From the NCBI GenBank assembly GCA_038131935.1, contig JAYPQH010000018.1, positions 64,001 through 128,000 of the forward strand: 64,000 nt of DNA, in the 5' to 3' direction. The DNA is from Alphaproteobacteria bacterium (lineage in GTDB: Bacteria; Pseudomonadota; Alphaproteobacteria; UBA8317). Both the position numbers and the translations under genes were made by a program. This document shows, in pieces, positions 20,794 through 32,363 of the stretch. The notes beneath the pieces were generated by a model. The model was not told where the DNA came from. It saw nothing but the letters and a program-made list of their open reading frames with translations, and searched no databases. Every line of letters begins with the position of its first letter. Positions within the stretch are counted from its first letter, which is position 1.

Positions 20794-23449
20794 ATGGAAA
20801 TTTATTTTCTTGCCGTCCTGTTTATCGTGATGATCCTCGCATTGGGATCAGGGTTTCCTGTGGCATTCGCTTTGCCTGGTGCTGCTATTCTTAGCATTGG
20901 CCTCGCAGCTTTCACAGGTTGGCTCTTTTTTGCAGACACAGAAATTTTCTTCGCTCAAGATGGCCCCATAGAATGGCTGACAGCAGGGGTAACAAATTTT
21001 CGTGGTATCTATTGGGAAGTTGAACGTGACACCCTGATTGCCATCCCTTTGTTTATTTTTATGGGCATTATGCTCCAACGATCAAAGATTGCCGAAGATT
21101 TGCTGGTAACCATGGCTCAATTATTTGGACGGGTTCCAGGTGGCTTGGGTATCTCTGTCGTTGTTGTTGGCGCCTTGCTTGCTGCCACAACAGGGATCGT
21201 GGGGGCTACAGTGGTGGCGATGGGACTTATCTCTCTACCGGCCATGATGCGCAACAAATACTCCCCTTCATTGGCAACCGGAACAATATGTGCATCAGGA
21301 ACACTGGGCCAAATTATCCCTCCCTCGATTGTTTTAATCATTCTGGCTGATCAGCTGTCATCAGCCGCAGACCAAGCTTCTCAGGTTCGGAAATCTCTTT
21401 ACAAGGAAGCCACTGGTGAATTTTCCATGCCGTCGTCACTCGACGTGATCTCAACATCTGCAGGAGATATGTTCCTCGGTGCCTTTCTTCCAGGCCTGGT
21501 CCTTGTGGGCATGTATTTGGTGTATATTTTGGCATTGGCCCTCTTGAGGCCATCTATGGCCCCACCGGTTCAAAATAACGACGGCTTTGGCCAAAGCTTT
21601 CTGAACAAAGTTGTGATGTCTCTTTTCCCTCCGCTGTTGCTTATTTTTGTGGTTCTGGGATCGATCATCATGGGTATCGCAACGGTGAACCAAGCAGGAG
21701 CCATTGGTGCTGTTGGTGCGACCATCATGGCAGGATATCGACTATATGAAGGCAAGGGAACTTATATACCTGCCATATTGGCTCTGGTTTCTGTGGCGGT
21801 CATTATATTCCTGCAACAAAACTTTGATCTGAATATTCGTATGATGGCTGAAAATGGAACAGAAGGCCCTATTGCTTTGGCTGGATTGGCCTCTTTTATG
21901 TTCATAACAGCAACATTCTGGAGTGGTTACAGAACACTAAAGATAGACAATACCTTGCGTGAAGTCATGATCGAAACCGCAAAAACAACATCATTGGTGT
22001 TCATCATTCTCCTCGGTGCAGCCATGCTAACAGCTGCTTTTCGTGGTTTTGGCGGGGAACATTTTGTTAAAGAATTCCTCACCACGCTTCCTGGTGGCTT
22101 TTGGACACAATTCATTGTGGTCATGGCTGTGATCTTTATTATGGGATTTTTCCTGGATTTTATTGAAATCGCCGTGGTTGTCGTCCCCATCGTCGCCCCT
22201 ATTTTGCTCGCTGATCCATCTGCGAATGTGACCGCTGTATGGTTGGGCGTCATGATTGGGGTGAATATTCAAACAAGTTTCTTAACACCACCATTTGGCT
22301 TTGCCCTCTTTTATCTCAGGGGTGTCGCCGACAAAGCCATCAACACTTTGTCTATATATAAAGGTGTTGTGCCCTTCATTCTTTTGCAACTCGGGGCTTT
22401 AGGTATCGTGGGCACCTTCCCAGAATTGGTCAATTATCTTCCCAACAAATCATTCTTGGGATCATTCAATGCCCCCTCCCAAAAACCCCAAATTGGCTGC
22501 TTGTGTGGATGATTATTTGACCAAGGCTTTAGCGGAAGGTGAAGCCAATATCACAGCGGCCATTGCAAACTTAGGGCAAATTAACAAAGACAAATTGCCA
22601 TCCGCACAACAAAAAGCGCTCTCACAAGCTTTTGAAAAAGCACAGGTCGTATATTCTTTGCGCGCAGCAGCCGAACAAGAACAGGCAAAATTTGATGATA
22701 TGGCGGTAGACTATGCACCTTTGCATGAGCGTGTTCGTATGATTGAGCGGGACATTCGAAGAGAAGATCAAGCCATGAAAGAATTGGCACAAAAAATACG
22801 CTTCGCAGAACTTGATGGGAATAAAGATAAAGCGGCCCAATACCAAGTTAGTATGCGCAAGCACGAGGTTGAGAAACAACGACTTCAAGCATTGATACCC
22901 GAACAATGGGCGGGCGAATTCAAAATCTTCAGAACACAGGTCAAAGAATTGACGAAAGCCCAACGCAACAGTGCACGAGCCATGGAAGGCGCTTATGAGC
23001 CTGTCCAAGAAATGATCGCATTGATTGAGGCAGGTCCAACGCTGCAACCTATCAAGCAACCCTTGATGGAACTGATTGGCAAAGCACAAACCGCGTCGCT
23101 TACAACATTGACCGAGCCTGCACAGGCACTCGAGGCCAGTCTTAGGGATATTTATGGAAGCTCACCGGTGAGCAAACATATCACCAAAGCACGACGCCTA
23201 TTTAAAAGAGGAAAAGAAAACAGTCGTGCAAAAGCAATTGGGCATCTTGAAGATGGTCTTGCTGCATTAGCTAGCGAAATCGCATGGCGTGCTGAAGCAA
23301 AGGATAACATCTATTCAGCCCTTCTAACGTACGCCGAAGCCACACGTTTGAATATTGGTTTGTTGTCCCAACCTAAGGTTCCTCTCGAAATTGTCGATGA
23401 CCTAGCAACCTGTAAGGCGTCACATCAGAATATTTCTTTATTTTTCTAG
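20794..23449 (+). CDS. dctM: TRAP large permease with long C-terminal helical extension (frameshift in C-run near 22475)
   Basis: GFPVAF, LIAIPLFIFMG, ASGTLGQIIPPS, SFLTPPFGFALFYL. Joining frames at gccccctccc gives ...SFNAPP(P)KNPKL... running into ORF 22469-23449. Confidence 0.85.
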
Positions 23450-23528
23450 GGGAACCCATTGCGGCTTTCGTCCCATTGGCGCCATGATGGAGACAAGGTA
23501 ACAGTAGCCCAGAAAAATAAAGGGAGGC

Positions 23529-25436
23529 ATGAGCATGGGTATTCGTGACGTATGGACCCGCGCAAAAAATGAACCAGAGGCTTTTTGGTCAGAGGCAGCA
23601 CAAGACATTATTTGGGACACACCCTTCACCACTGTCTGTGATACATCAAAATCTCCTCGCACCTATTGGTTCACTGATGGAATGCTCAACAGTTGTTATA
23701 ATGCCGTCGACAGGCATGTAGACGAAGGTCGCGGACAACAGGCGGCCATCATTCATGACTCCCCCGTCACAAACAGCAAAAGGATTGTAACCTATGCCGA
23801 ATTGGCCGATGAGGTTGCACGTTTTGCGGGTGTTTTGGCCTCATTTGGATGTTCCAAAGGCGACCGTGTCATTATCTATATGCCCATGATACCCCAAGCC
23901 ATTGTTGCCACCCTCGCTTGCGCAAGACTTGGGGTTATACACTCAATTGTCTTTGGAGGGTTTGCGGCGAATGAATTGGCGGTTCGCATCGATGATTTTT
24001 CACCAAAATTGATTGTGGCAGCCAGTTGTGGCATCGAGCCCAACAGGTTGGTTGCCTATAAACCCTTGCTTGATGAAGCCATTGAGTTGGCAACCCACAA
24101 ACCACAAGCAACCATCATGTATCAACGACCACAGCTTCACGCCGACATGCAAGATGGTCAAGACCATGACTGGGATGCTGTGATGGCAACAGCGCAGGCA
24201 CATGGCTGTGTTCCTGTTAAGGCAACCGACCCCCTTTATGTGCTCTACACCTCGGGAACCACTGGGCAGCCAAAAGGGATTGTTCGGGACAATGGTGGGC
24301 ATGCTGTCGCGTTAACATGGTCTATGAAACATATTTACAACGTCGACACAGGAGACGTTTTTTGGGCAGGATCCGATATTGGCTGGGTGGTTGGACATTC
24401 CTACATCATCTACGGCCCTCTGTTTCGCGGATGTACGTCCGTTTTGTATGAAGGAAAACCAGTAGGCACCCCTGATCCTGGTGCGTTTTGGCGGGTTATC
24501 TCTGAACATAATGTTAAGTCTTTTTTTACCGCCCCCACCGCAATTCGTGCCATCAGACAACAAGATCCAGAAGCAAATTATTTGCGTCACTATGATACAT
24601 CTTGCTTGCAAGCATTATTTGTTGCTGGAGAACGCTGTGATCCGGATACCCTTCATTGGTCACGCGAGCAGCTCAAACGCCCTGTTATTGATCATTGGTG
24701 GCAAACAGAAACAGGTTGGTCGATTGCAGCCAACTGCTTAGGCATTGAGTTGCTACCCATCAAACCAGGATCACCAACACTGCCTGTTCCAGGTTGGGAT
24801 TTGGTCGTCCTCAATGAAGAAGGACAAGAATGTGCACCTGGTGAGATTGGTGCGATATGTGGGAAACTTCCTCTGCCTCCTTCTGTCTTTGCCGATGTAT
24901 GGAACGCCCCTGAACGATACATATCTTCTTACTTCAGCCGCTATCCTGGCACTTATGAAACAGGCGATGCAGGCATGATTGATGAGGATGGTTATGTCTT
25001 CGTCATGGCAAGAACAGATGATGTGATTAACGTCGCCGGGCATAGATTGTCCACCGGTGGCATGGAAGAGGTCCTCGCAGAGCATCCCGCGGTTGCAGAA
25101 TGTGCTGTGGTCGGTGTTGCCGACGAACTCAAAGGGCAAATTCCTGTTGGTTTTGTTGTGATTTCCGCTGGCGTCAACTTAGCTCATGACGTGATTGCAA
25201 AAGAATGCGTACAATTGATACGTGATAAAATTGGACCTGTTGCTGCTTTTAAACATGTAGGCATTATCCCTAAACTTCCAAAAACCAGATCAGGAAAAAT
25301 TTTACGGGCCACCATCCAAAAGATCGCTGATGGCGAGGCATTTAGAATGCCCGCAACGATAGAAGATCCTGACGTCCTCAATGATATCGAGACATGTTTA
25401 AAACAACTTGGATTTGCCAAGGGCCATTCAACTTAA
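23529..25436 (+). CDS. prpE: Propionyl-CoA synthetase (acetate/propionate-CoA ligase family)
   Basis: YTSGTTGQPKG, DIGWVVGHSY, YEGKPVGTPD, DHWWQTETGW, PKTRSGKILR. Confidence 0.9.
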   Translation: MSMGIRDVWTRAKNEPEAFWSEAAQDIIWDTPFTTVCDTSKSPRTYWFTDGMLNSCYNAVDRHVDEGRGQQAAIIHDSPVTNSKRIVTYAELADEVARFAGVLASFGCSKGDRVIIYMPMIPQAIVATLACARLGVIHSIVFGGFAANELAVRIDDFSPKLIVAASCGIEPNRLVAYKPLLDEAIELATHKPQATIMYQRPQLHADMQDGQDHDWDAVMATAQAHGCVPVKATDPLYVLYTSGTTGQPKGIVRDNGGHAVALTWSMKHIYNVDTGDVFWAGSDIGWVVGHSYIIYGPLFRGCTSVLYEGKPVGTPDPGAFWRVISEHNVKSFFTAPTAIRAIRQQDPEANYLRHYDTSCLQALFVAGERCDPDTLHWSREQLKRPVIDHWWQTETGWSIAANCLGIELLPIKPGSPTLPVPGWDLVVLNEEGQECAPGEIGAICGKLPLPPSVFADVWNAPERYISSYFSRYPGTYETGDAGMIDEDGYVFVMARTDDVINVAGHRLSTGGMEEVLAEHPAVAECAVVGVADELKGQIPVGFVVISAGVNLAHDVIAKECVQLIRDKIGPVAAFKHVGIIPKLPKTRSGKILRATIQKIADGEAFRMPATIEDPDVLNDIETCLKQLGFAKGHST

Positions 25437-25586
25437 GCCATCCCCCAACAAGGCTCAACAACAACAACTCATGCTCAGAGGAAATGGGCTTTGTGGGTGG
25501 CACTCAAAAGTAAAGAAGATCAAGTGGTAGACGGGGTGACCAATAAAGAAAAAATAGATTAAATATGGTCAAAACAAAGGATGATC

Positions 25587-25629
25587 AAAAAAATTGCCAC
25601 CCCGCAGATCAGTTTATAGCGGGATGGCA
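25587..25629 (-). terminator. Intrinsic terminator downstream of scoB
   Basis: On the minus strand TGCCATCCCGC-loop-GCGGGGTGGCA followed by a T run. Confidence 0.65.
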
Positions 25630-25657
25630 CGACAGTTATGTGACAAAAATCACTTTT

Positions 25658-26284
25658 TTAGTTTACAATATGCGCTTCAGTGGCTTGATCTAATTGCTCC
25701 CGGGTAACACCGTCAGCCAAAGCCACCAATTCCAGACCACCATCGACAACATCTAGTACCCCAAGATTTGTGATGATCCGGTTTACCACTTTTTTACCTG
25801 TAAGAGGCAGGCTGCATTCTTTCAACAGTTTTGATTCACCTGCTTTATTGGTATGGTCCATGATCACGATCACACGGCGCACCCCTGCGACAAGATCCAT
25901 AGCACCACCCATACCTTTCACCAATTTTCCTGGAATCATCCAATTGGCCAAATCACCATCTTGAGAGACTTCCATAGCCCCCAAAATAGCCATATCAATA
26001 TGTCCACCCCTGATCATTGCAAATGACTGCGAAGACGAAAAAAAGCTTGTGGTAGGAAGCTCGGTGATGGTTTGCTTACCTGCATTGATCAGGTCCGCAT
26101 CAATGGTATCCTCCGTAGGGAATGGCCCCATACCCAACATACCATTCTCTGATTGCAAGGTCACATGAACACCCTCAGGAATATAGTTGGAAACCAACGT
26201 TGGAATACCAATGCCTAAGTTCACATACATGCCATCACGTAATTCTTTTGCGGCCTCCGCGGCCATTCTGTTTCTATCCCACAT
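25658..26284 (-). CDS. scoB: 3-oxoacid CoA-transferase subunit B
   Basis: [31 protein letters not shown]. Confidence 0.94.
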   Translation of the reverse strand: MWDRNRMAAEAAKELRDGMYVNLGIGIPTLVSNYIPEGVHVTLQSENGMLGMGPFPTEDTIDADLINAGKQTITELPTTSFFSSSQSFAMIRGGHIDMAILGAMEVSQDGDLANWMIPGKLVKGMGGAMDLVAGVRRVIVIMDHTNKAGESKLLKECSLPLTGKKVVNRIITNLGVLDVVDGGLELVALADGVTREQLDQATEAHIVN

Positions 26285-26288
26285 AGAC

Positions 26289-26984
26289 TTAAGCCTCCCT
26301 TATGGTGCGTTGCTCAATACGTTTTTCAAAGCTTCCTACAATTAACCTGTCCACATAGATCCCAGGAAGATGAATATGATCCGGATCCAAGCTACCTTGC
26401 GCAACCAGTTCTTCCACTTCAACCACGCAAGCTTTTCCAGATGTCGCCACATCGGGGTTAAAGTTTCGGGCGGTTTTCCTGAACACCAAATTTCCTTCAG
26501 GATCAGCTTTCCAAGCTTTCACAATCGCAAGGTCCGACACAATACCTTTCTCCAAAATAAAGGTTACCCCATCAAACTCGCGATGCTCTTTTCCTTCCGC
26601 CACAACGGTCCCCACGCCGGTCTTGGTATAAAATCCTGGGATACCCGCGCCACCTGCGCGCAAACGCTCTGCCAAAGTTCCTTGTGGATTGAATTCTAAT
26701 TCCAGCTCACCGGAAAGATATTGCCGCATGAATTCTGCATTCTCACCAACATAAGACGAAATCATCTTTTTAATCTGTTTGGTCTGCAACAAAAGTCCCA
26801 GGCCAAAATCATCGACGCCTGCATTGTTTGATACCACCGTGAGATCCTTCACCCCAGATGCCACCAAACTTTGAATAATATTTTCTGGAATTCCACAAAG
26901 GCCAAATCCTCCAGCGGCAATGGTCATCCCATCTTTTAGAAGGCCCTCTAATGCAGATGAAGCATCTTGATAGACTTTGCTCAT
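26289..26984 (-). CDS. scoA: 3-oxoacid CoA-transferase subunit A
   Basis: [36 protein letters not shown]. Confidence 0.94.
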   Translation of the reverse strand: MSKVYQDASSALEGLLKDGMTIAAGGFGLCGIPENIIQSLVASGVKDLTVVSNNAGVDDFGLGLLLQTKQIKKMISSYVGENAEFMRQYLSGELELEFNPQGTLAERLRAGGAGIPGFYTKTGVGTVVAEGKEHREFDGVTFILEKGIVSDLAIVKAWKADPEGNLVFRKTARNFNPDVATSGKACVVEVEELVAQGSLDPDHIHLPGIYVDRLIVGSFEKRIEQRTIREA

Positions 26985-27147
26985 GGCTACCTCTCCCCTC
27001 GCCCGTTACGCATAATGGTTGTTTGGCGCAATCCTCGTCTTCGGGCAAGCCCACAAAAAGATTTTGCGTATTTTGATTGGCAACAACAGCAAGGCGAGAT
27101 AAACTCAGCCCTATCATCAACACCGCTCAATTCATGGAGAACATACC

Positions 27148-27891
27148 ATGCCATTCATTTCACGACGAGACTTTCATGTCGGCGGCGCGTCCTTGGTCGC
27201 CCTTTTGTTAAACAACGAAACTGTGAGGGCTTCCGCCATCAGTTCGCTTGAAACAGTCTCTGTAGGCACATTTTCAGGCAAATTAGCCCGTCCTCAAGGC
27301 ACCATCAAAGGTGGGATTGTTCTTATTCATGAATGGTGGGGCTTGAACGAACAAATGCAATCCGTCGCCGTAGCCCTTGCAGATGAGGGATATCTTACAC
27401 TCGCGGTAGATATGTTTGGCAAGGTTGCGACAACCAGAGAAGAGGCCATGGCCAACACGAAATCCGTCGATGCAGCCCAAGCAACAAGCAATCTTGTTGA
27501 AGCCACAAACCTACTCCGACAAGAAGGTGCCAAGAAAGTTGCCAGCATGGGATTTTGCTTTGGTGGCGGATGGTCTTTCAACCTATCAGTCGCAACGGCT
27601 ATGGACGCGACAATCATTTACTATGGCCGGGTTCCTACAGATGAAGGTTCGGTGCAAAATCTTTCAGGGCCAGTCCTTGGGCATTTTGGTCGGTTGGATA
27701 AATTCATCAATACCGAAATGGTTGCAGGTTTTACCAACGCCCTTAAATCAGCTGGAAAAGCTCACGAAATCCATGAGTATGATGCTGACCATGCCTTCGC
27801 CAACCCCACGGGAAATCGTTATGAAGAAGATGCAGCTCGGCTCTCTTACAGCCGCACCCTCGCCTTCCTAGAAGCTCATCTTGGATCATAA
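27148..27891 (+). CDS. Dienelactone hydrolase family protein, Tat-exported
   Basis: SRRDF signal, IHEWWGLN, GFCFGG, YYG, HAFANP. Confidence 0.9.
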   Translation: MPFISRRDFHVGGASLVALLLNNETVRASAISSLETVSVGTFSGKLARPQGTIKGGIVLIHEWWGLNEQMQSVAVALADEGYLTLAVDMFGKVATTREEAMANTKSVDAAQATSNLVEATNLLRQEGAKKVASMGFCFGGGWSFNLSVATAMDATIIYYGRVPTDEGSVQNLSGPVLGHFGRLDKFINTEMVAGFTNALKSAGKAHEIHEYDADHAFANPTGNRYEEDAARLSYSRTLAFLEAHLGS

Positions 27892-27920
27892 AACTGGTAC
27901 CCACGGTTTTTAAATAGGAA

Positions 27921-29465
27921 TTATTTTCCCTCAGATTTGGATAGTTTTGGAAAAACCAATGTGACAGCCAGCAAAGACAGGGCTGTCATCATTAACGCAG
28001 GCCCGGCCGCCGCCTCATAATTTTCTAGAGACGCAGATTGGAAGGTAACCGTGGCCAACGTGTCAAAGCCAAATGGTCTCAGCAGAAATGTTGCGGGCAG
28101 CTCCTTGATAACATCTACGGCCACCAAAATCATGGCGAGGCCCGCAGGACCTGAGAGCATTGGCCATAAAATATGACGCAAACGGGCGCCAAACCCTGCC
28201 CCCATCAAAAGGGCTTGTTCATGATGTCGCTGCAAGGGACCTGAAATAACCTGCCCCAATTGTCCTGCTCCTAATGTTGCAAATCGAAAAATCAATGCAA
28301 GACATAACCCCACCAGTCCAGAAAACATGGGCGATAAATAGGAGGAAAGCGCTAGGGTCCCCATCCCCACCGCAGCGGCAGGAACAGCATAGCCTGAAAG
28401 TGAGAGGTAAGCTGGCCATTGCCTCCAACCCAATTGGTTCACCCGCCAAAATTCGACAATAGTCGCGACAACCAAAACCCCCAAGGCAACGAACAAAGCG
28501 AGCAAAAAGGAGTGATCAAGCCCTGTGAACAAGGGCCAAGATCGGTCATATCCACCCAACGCAACCAATGTACAGATGGGTGCAACGAAGCCTGCCAATA
28601 TGGGCAAGCATAATAAGCCTGTGAACAGCCATTGTAGCGGCAAACTACAGACCAACGGTTTGGTGGTCCTCTCCCGCATGGATTCCCGAGGCAAATGTTG
28701 GCGCATCCGACGTTCAATGATGACCAATGGTAAGACCAGGCACACCAAAAGAAGAGACAATTTCAATGCGGTGTCTAACGAGCCCATCGCTGTCCATGCA
28801 TCAACAATCGCCCAGGTCAGTGTGGGCACCGCGTAAAGCGAGGCCACACCATAATCATTTAGGACTTCCATCATCACCAAGCCTACCCCAATCATGAGAG
28901 GAATCCGCATCATGGGTAACCCCACATGTCGAAACAAAAGCCAATGAGATGAGGTCATCAAACGGGCAGCGTCTAGGGCCGCCGCAGATCGACTTGATGT
29001 CAACGCCACCAAACAAGATAAATACACATAGGGATACAAGCCGAGGCCTAGGACAAAAGATGCGCCAGAGGTGTGCCGAAGATCCAGAGGAGGTAAGATC
29101 AATCCCCAATGATCAAAAACCTGAAGCAACATGCGACCCTCACCCAATGTTTCTGTGAAGGTGAATGCACTTACATAAGCAGGTATCGCCAAGGGTAACA
29201 CCAACAAACGCGCGAGCCATCTACGCGCAGGCATCTCATAAATTACAACCAACCAGGCTGCCAACACCCCAAGAACAGCTGCCAACATGGAGGCACCAAA
29301 CAACAGCTTCATGCTACCTTGAAGATAATCCCATAAAACATGTGTCAGCATATGCTGCATCACCGCGTCTATGGGCTGGGATAATGCCAAGATGAGCAAT
29401 GCCCCCAAGGGCAACAAAAGCAGCATCATACAACCCATAGCAGCTAAGCTCATGAACCTGATCAC
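27921..29465 (-). CDS. Fe(III) ABC transporter permease (FbpB/FutB type)
   Basis: LPLAIPAYV, LYPYVY, MEVLNDYG, KELPATFLLRPFGFDTLA. Two-repeat permease. Confidence 0.85.
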   Translation of the reverse strand: MIRFMSLAAMGCMMLLLLPLGALLILALSQPIDAVMQHMLTHVLWDYLQGSMKLLFGASMLAAVLGVLAAWLVVIYEMPARRWLARLLVLPLAIPAYVSAFTFTETLGEGRMLLQVFDHWGLILPPLDLRHTSGASFVLGLGLYPYVYLSCLVALTSSRSAAALDAARLMTSSHWLLFRHVGLPMMRIPLMIGVGLVMMEVLNDYGVASLYAVPTLTWAIVDAWTAMGSLDTALKLSLLLVCLVLPLVIIERRMRQHLPRESMRERTTKPLVCSLPLQWLFTGLLCLPILAGFVAPICTLVALGGYDRSWPLFTGLDHSFLLALFVALGVLVVATIVEFWRVNQLGWRQWPAYLSLSGYAVPAAAVGMGTLALSSYLSPMFSGLVGLCLALIFRFATLGAGQLGQVISGPLQRHHEQALLMGAGFGARLRHILWPMLSGPAGLAMILVAVDVIKELPATFLLRPFGFDTLATVTFQSASLENYEAAAGPALMMTALSLLAVTLVFPKLSKSEGK

Positions 29466-29534
29466 GTGATATGTACCCTTTTTGCCCTATTGAGAGGCTA
29501 TGTCGCATGAAAGCAGACATAACAGCAAGAGAAC

Positions 29535-29566
29535 TTGACAAAAACATATAGATATATCTTTATATG
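29535..29566 (+). promoter_or_regulatory. sigma70-like promoter and putative SahR operator
   Basis: TTGACA at 29535-29540. Imperfect palindrome CATATAGATATATCTTTATATG (29545-29566; 18 of 22 positions self-complementary) overlapping the -10 region and start. Confidence 0.7.
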
Positions 29567-30494
29567 ATTATGACACATGAACTTGAGCATATTGTAGACG
29601 CGTTGAAAGCAGCGGGTGATCCCACCCGTTTGCGGCTGCTTGGCTTATGCCGTTTGGGCGACATGTCTGTGGGAGATCTTGTTGATATAACAGGTCAATC
29701 CCAACCTTCGATATCACGTCATCTCAAGATATTGCATGCAGCGGGTTTGCTAGAACGAAGACAAGATGGCGCGTTTTGTATTTTATCGCTTAAGCAAATC
29801 GCCGCTCAATCAAGCCTTAGATATCATGGTGGCAGATGGCCCTGGTGTTCTCAACCAAGACAAACAAATATATGCAGAACGAGAGCAAAAGCGCCACGAA
29901 GACGTTGCCAAACATTTTGCACTTCATGCTGCCGATTGGGATGATTTACGGGGAAGCTATCTTCATGCAGAGGAAGTTGATGGCTATATTGCCACCATCG
30001 TTGCGCAACATAAGCCTCAACATGTCCTTGATATTGGAACGGGAACGGGACATATCCTGAATATTCTTGGTCGATATGCCGGTAAACTCTCTGGGGTAGA
30101 TATTTCTAGAGATATGCTCAGCCTTGCCCGTCAACGTCTTGGCGGGGTGCAGAATGCAGATAAGATTGACCTTAGACGGTCTGACATGAACCAACTCCCC
30201 TTTGATGATGCCAGTATGGACATGGCCAGCATGCATTTGGTCCTTCGCCATGCCAGCAACCCCAGGCGCGCCATTATGGAAGCTTCTCGGGTACTGAAGC
30301 CTCAGGGACACCTCATTGTGGTGGACCTTGAAATAGGAGAACCCGCAGGACATCACACAGAACGTTCGGGCTTTGCCAAGCAGGATGTATGTGAATTCAT
30401 GATTGATGCAGGGTTGGTTTTGGAGCCTATACGTTCACTCACACAAGGCCTTAGAACAGGCTATATTTGGCATGGGGTCAAACAAGCATGGTGA
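29564..30494 (+). CDS. sahR: ArsR-HTH/methyltransferase fusion regulator of the SAM cycle (extra T near 29775)
   Basis: LKAAGDPTRLRLL, SQPSISRHLKIL..AGLL HTH, then WDDLR and LDIGTGTG SAM-binding domain. Heads the metF-metH-metK run. Confidence 0.85.
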
Positions 30495-31326
30495 CATTTT
30501 CCTTTGAATTATTCCCCCCAGCCAAACCTGAGGGCATTAAAAATGTTGTTGCCACAGCCAAGACATTATCGTCATTTGCGCCTGACATGATTTCCATAAC
30601 CTATGGCGCAGGCGGCACGGGAAGAGAGCGTTCCGCGCGGTTGGTGGCTGCATTACATAGCAATGATTTTCCGCCAATCACCGCACATATAACCGTTGCT
30701 GGACAAAGCAAACATGATGTCATTCATCAAATGGAAGAATGGCAGCAACATGGCGTCAAACGTTTTGTTGCCCTACGTGGTGACATGCCCAACATGAAAC
30801 GGCCATTCACACCTCACGATGATGGTTTTACATCAGCGCTTGACCTTATAACCTATTTACGCCTCCATCATGCGGAAGCTATCTATGCAGGTGCCTATCC
30901 TGAGGACATCCTGAATCCCCATCACTTGAGGCAGAGCTTGACCATCTCATGGCCAAACAAGATGCTGGGGCGACGGCTCATCACGCAATATTTTTTGATA
31001 TCAATAATTTCCTGAGATTCCGCGATAAGGTCGTTGCACGCGGTATCACCATTCCTCTGATACCTGGTGTGTTACCCATTGGTCATTTTGAAAAAATCCA
31101 AAAATTCTCTGCAAGTTGTGGTGCCCATATACCCGACCAACTCAAGATACGTTTTGCAGGTCTTGAAAATGACCCCGAAGCCATGGCGATGATGGGCGCG
31201 TGCGTCGGATATGAGCTTTGCGCTCAACTCGCCCATGAAGCTGTCCCCTCTATCCATCTTTATACCCTCAATCGAGCTGATATCAGCACAACAATCTGCC
31301 GCATGTTTCAAGGAGAACCTCAATGA
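30488..31326 (+). CDS. metF: 5,10-methylenetetrahydrofolate reductase (about three indels in 30905-30990)
   Basis: [46 protein letters not shown]. Confidence 0.92.
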
Positions 31327-32363
31327 GCCGTAAGGATACCTTGATGAGCGCACTTGGTTCCCGCATTTTGGTGCTCGATGGGGCCATGGGGACCATGGTG
31401 CAAAAAGCACAACTCACCGAGGAAGACTTTCGAGGGCAGCGCTTCCAAAATCATGATCGTGACCTGCGTGGAAACAATGACTTGTTGGTACTTACCCAGC
31501 CAAATTTGATCAGTGATATCCATCGTGCCTATATCGAAGCTGGAGCCGATATTATTGAAACCAATTCCTTCAACGCGACACGCATCTCACAAGGCGAATA
31601 CGGTCTTGAGGAGGTAAGCGAAGAAATCAATTTTGAGTCTGCTCGGTTGGCCACCCAGGCTGCTCAAGAGGCAGATAGACCTGTGTTTGTGGCAGGTGCA
31701 CTGGGTCCAACCTCACGAACGGCGTCTATTTCTCCAGATGTTAACGATCCAGGCAAACGCAATATAACCTTTGACGAACTTGCCGCAAATTACACTGAAT
31801 CCGCACGTGCATTGGCTGCTGGAGGCGCTGACATCTTTCTGGTGGAGACCGTGTTTGATACCTTAAACGCCCGCGCGGCATTATTTGCCCTATCAGGCGT
31901 GAATGACGAGCTCGATGATCCTTTACCTATTTTTGTTTCCGGCACCATAACAGATATGTCTGGGCGCACCTTGTCAGGCCAAACCGCCGAGGCTTTTTGG
32001 ATATCCATTGCGCATGCCGCCCCGTTAGCGGTTGGGCTGAATTGCGCGCTTGGCGCCAAAGAGCTCCGTTCATATATCCTCGAATTGTCGCGTGCAGCGG
32101 ATACCCATATTCTCACCTATCCAAATGCAGGGCTTCCAAATGCCATGGGTGGCTATGATGAAACACCAGACGATATGGCCGCTCATTTGGGCGCCTGGGC
32201 ACGCGATGGGTTGGTCAATATCGTCGGAGGATGCTGTGGCAGCACCCCGGAACATATTCGTGCCATTGCAGATGCTGTTTCATCATACCCCCCACGGCAG
32301 GTCCAACCTAGCCCTCCCGCATTGCGGCTGTCTGGCCTAGAGCCTTTTGAGGTGCGCGGATGA
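31323..32363 (+). CDS. metH: Methionine synthase, homocysteine-binding module (split metH, part 1)
   Basis: [41 protein letters not shown]. Own stop with ATGA overlap to part 2. Confidence 0.94.
   Translation: MSRKDTLMSALGSRILVLDGAMGTMVQKAQLTEEDFRGQRFQNHDRDLRGNNDLLVLTQPNLISDIHRAYIEAGADIIETNSFNATRISQGEYGLEEVSEEINFESARLATQAAQEADRPVFVAGALGPTSRTASISPDVNDPGKRNITFDELAANYTESARALAAGGADIFLVETVFDTLNARAALFALSGVNDELDDPLPIFVSGTITDMSGRTLSGQTAEAFWISIAHAAPLAVGLNCALGAKELRSYILELSRAADTHILTYPNAGLPNAMGGYDETPDDMAAHLGAWARDGLVNIVGGCCGSTPEHIRAIADAVSSYPPRQVQPSPPALRLSGLEPFEVRG

Noticed and set aside
12787-25654. CRP/FNR-like boxes TGTGA-N6-TCAC at 12787-12802 and 25639-25654, with a weaker one at 19712-19727
   Set aside because: One lies downstream of scoB rather than in a promoter, and no cognate regulator is in view. 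Compatible with chance.
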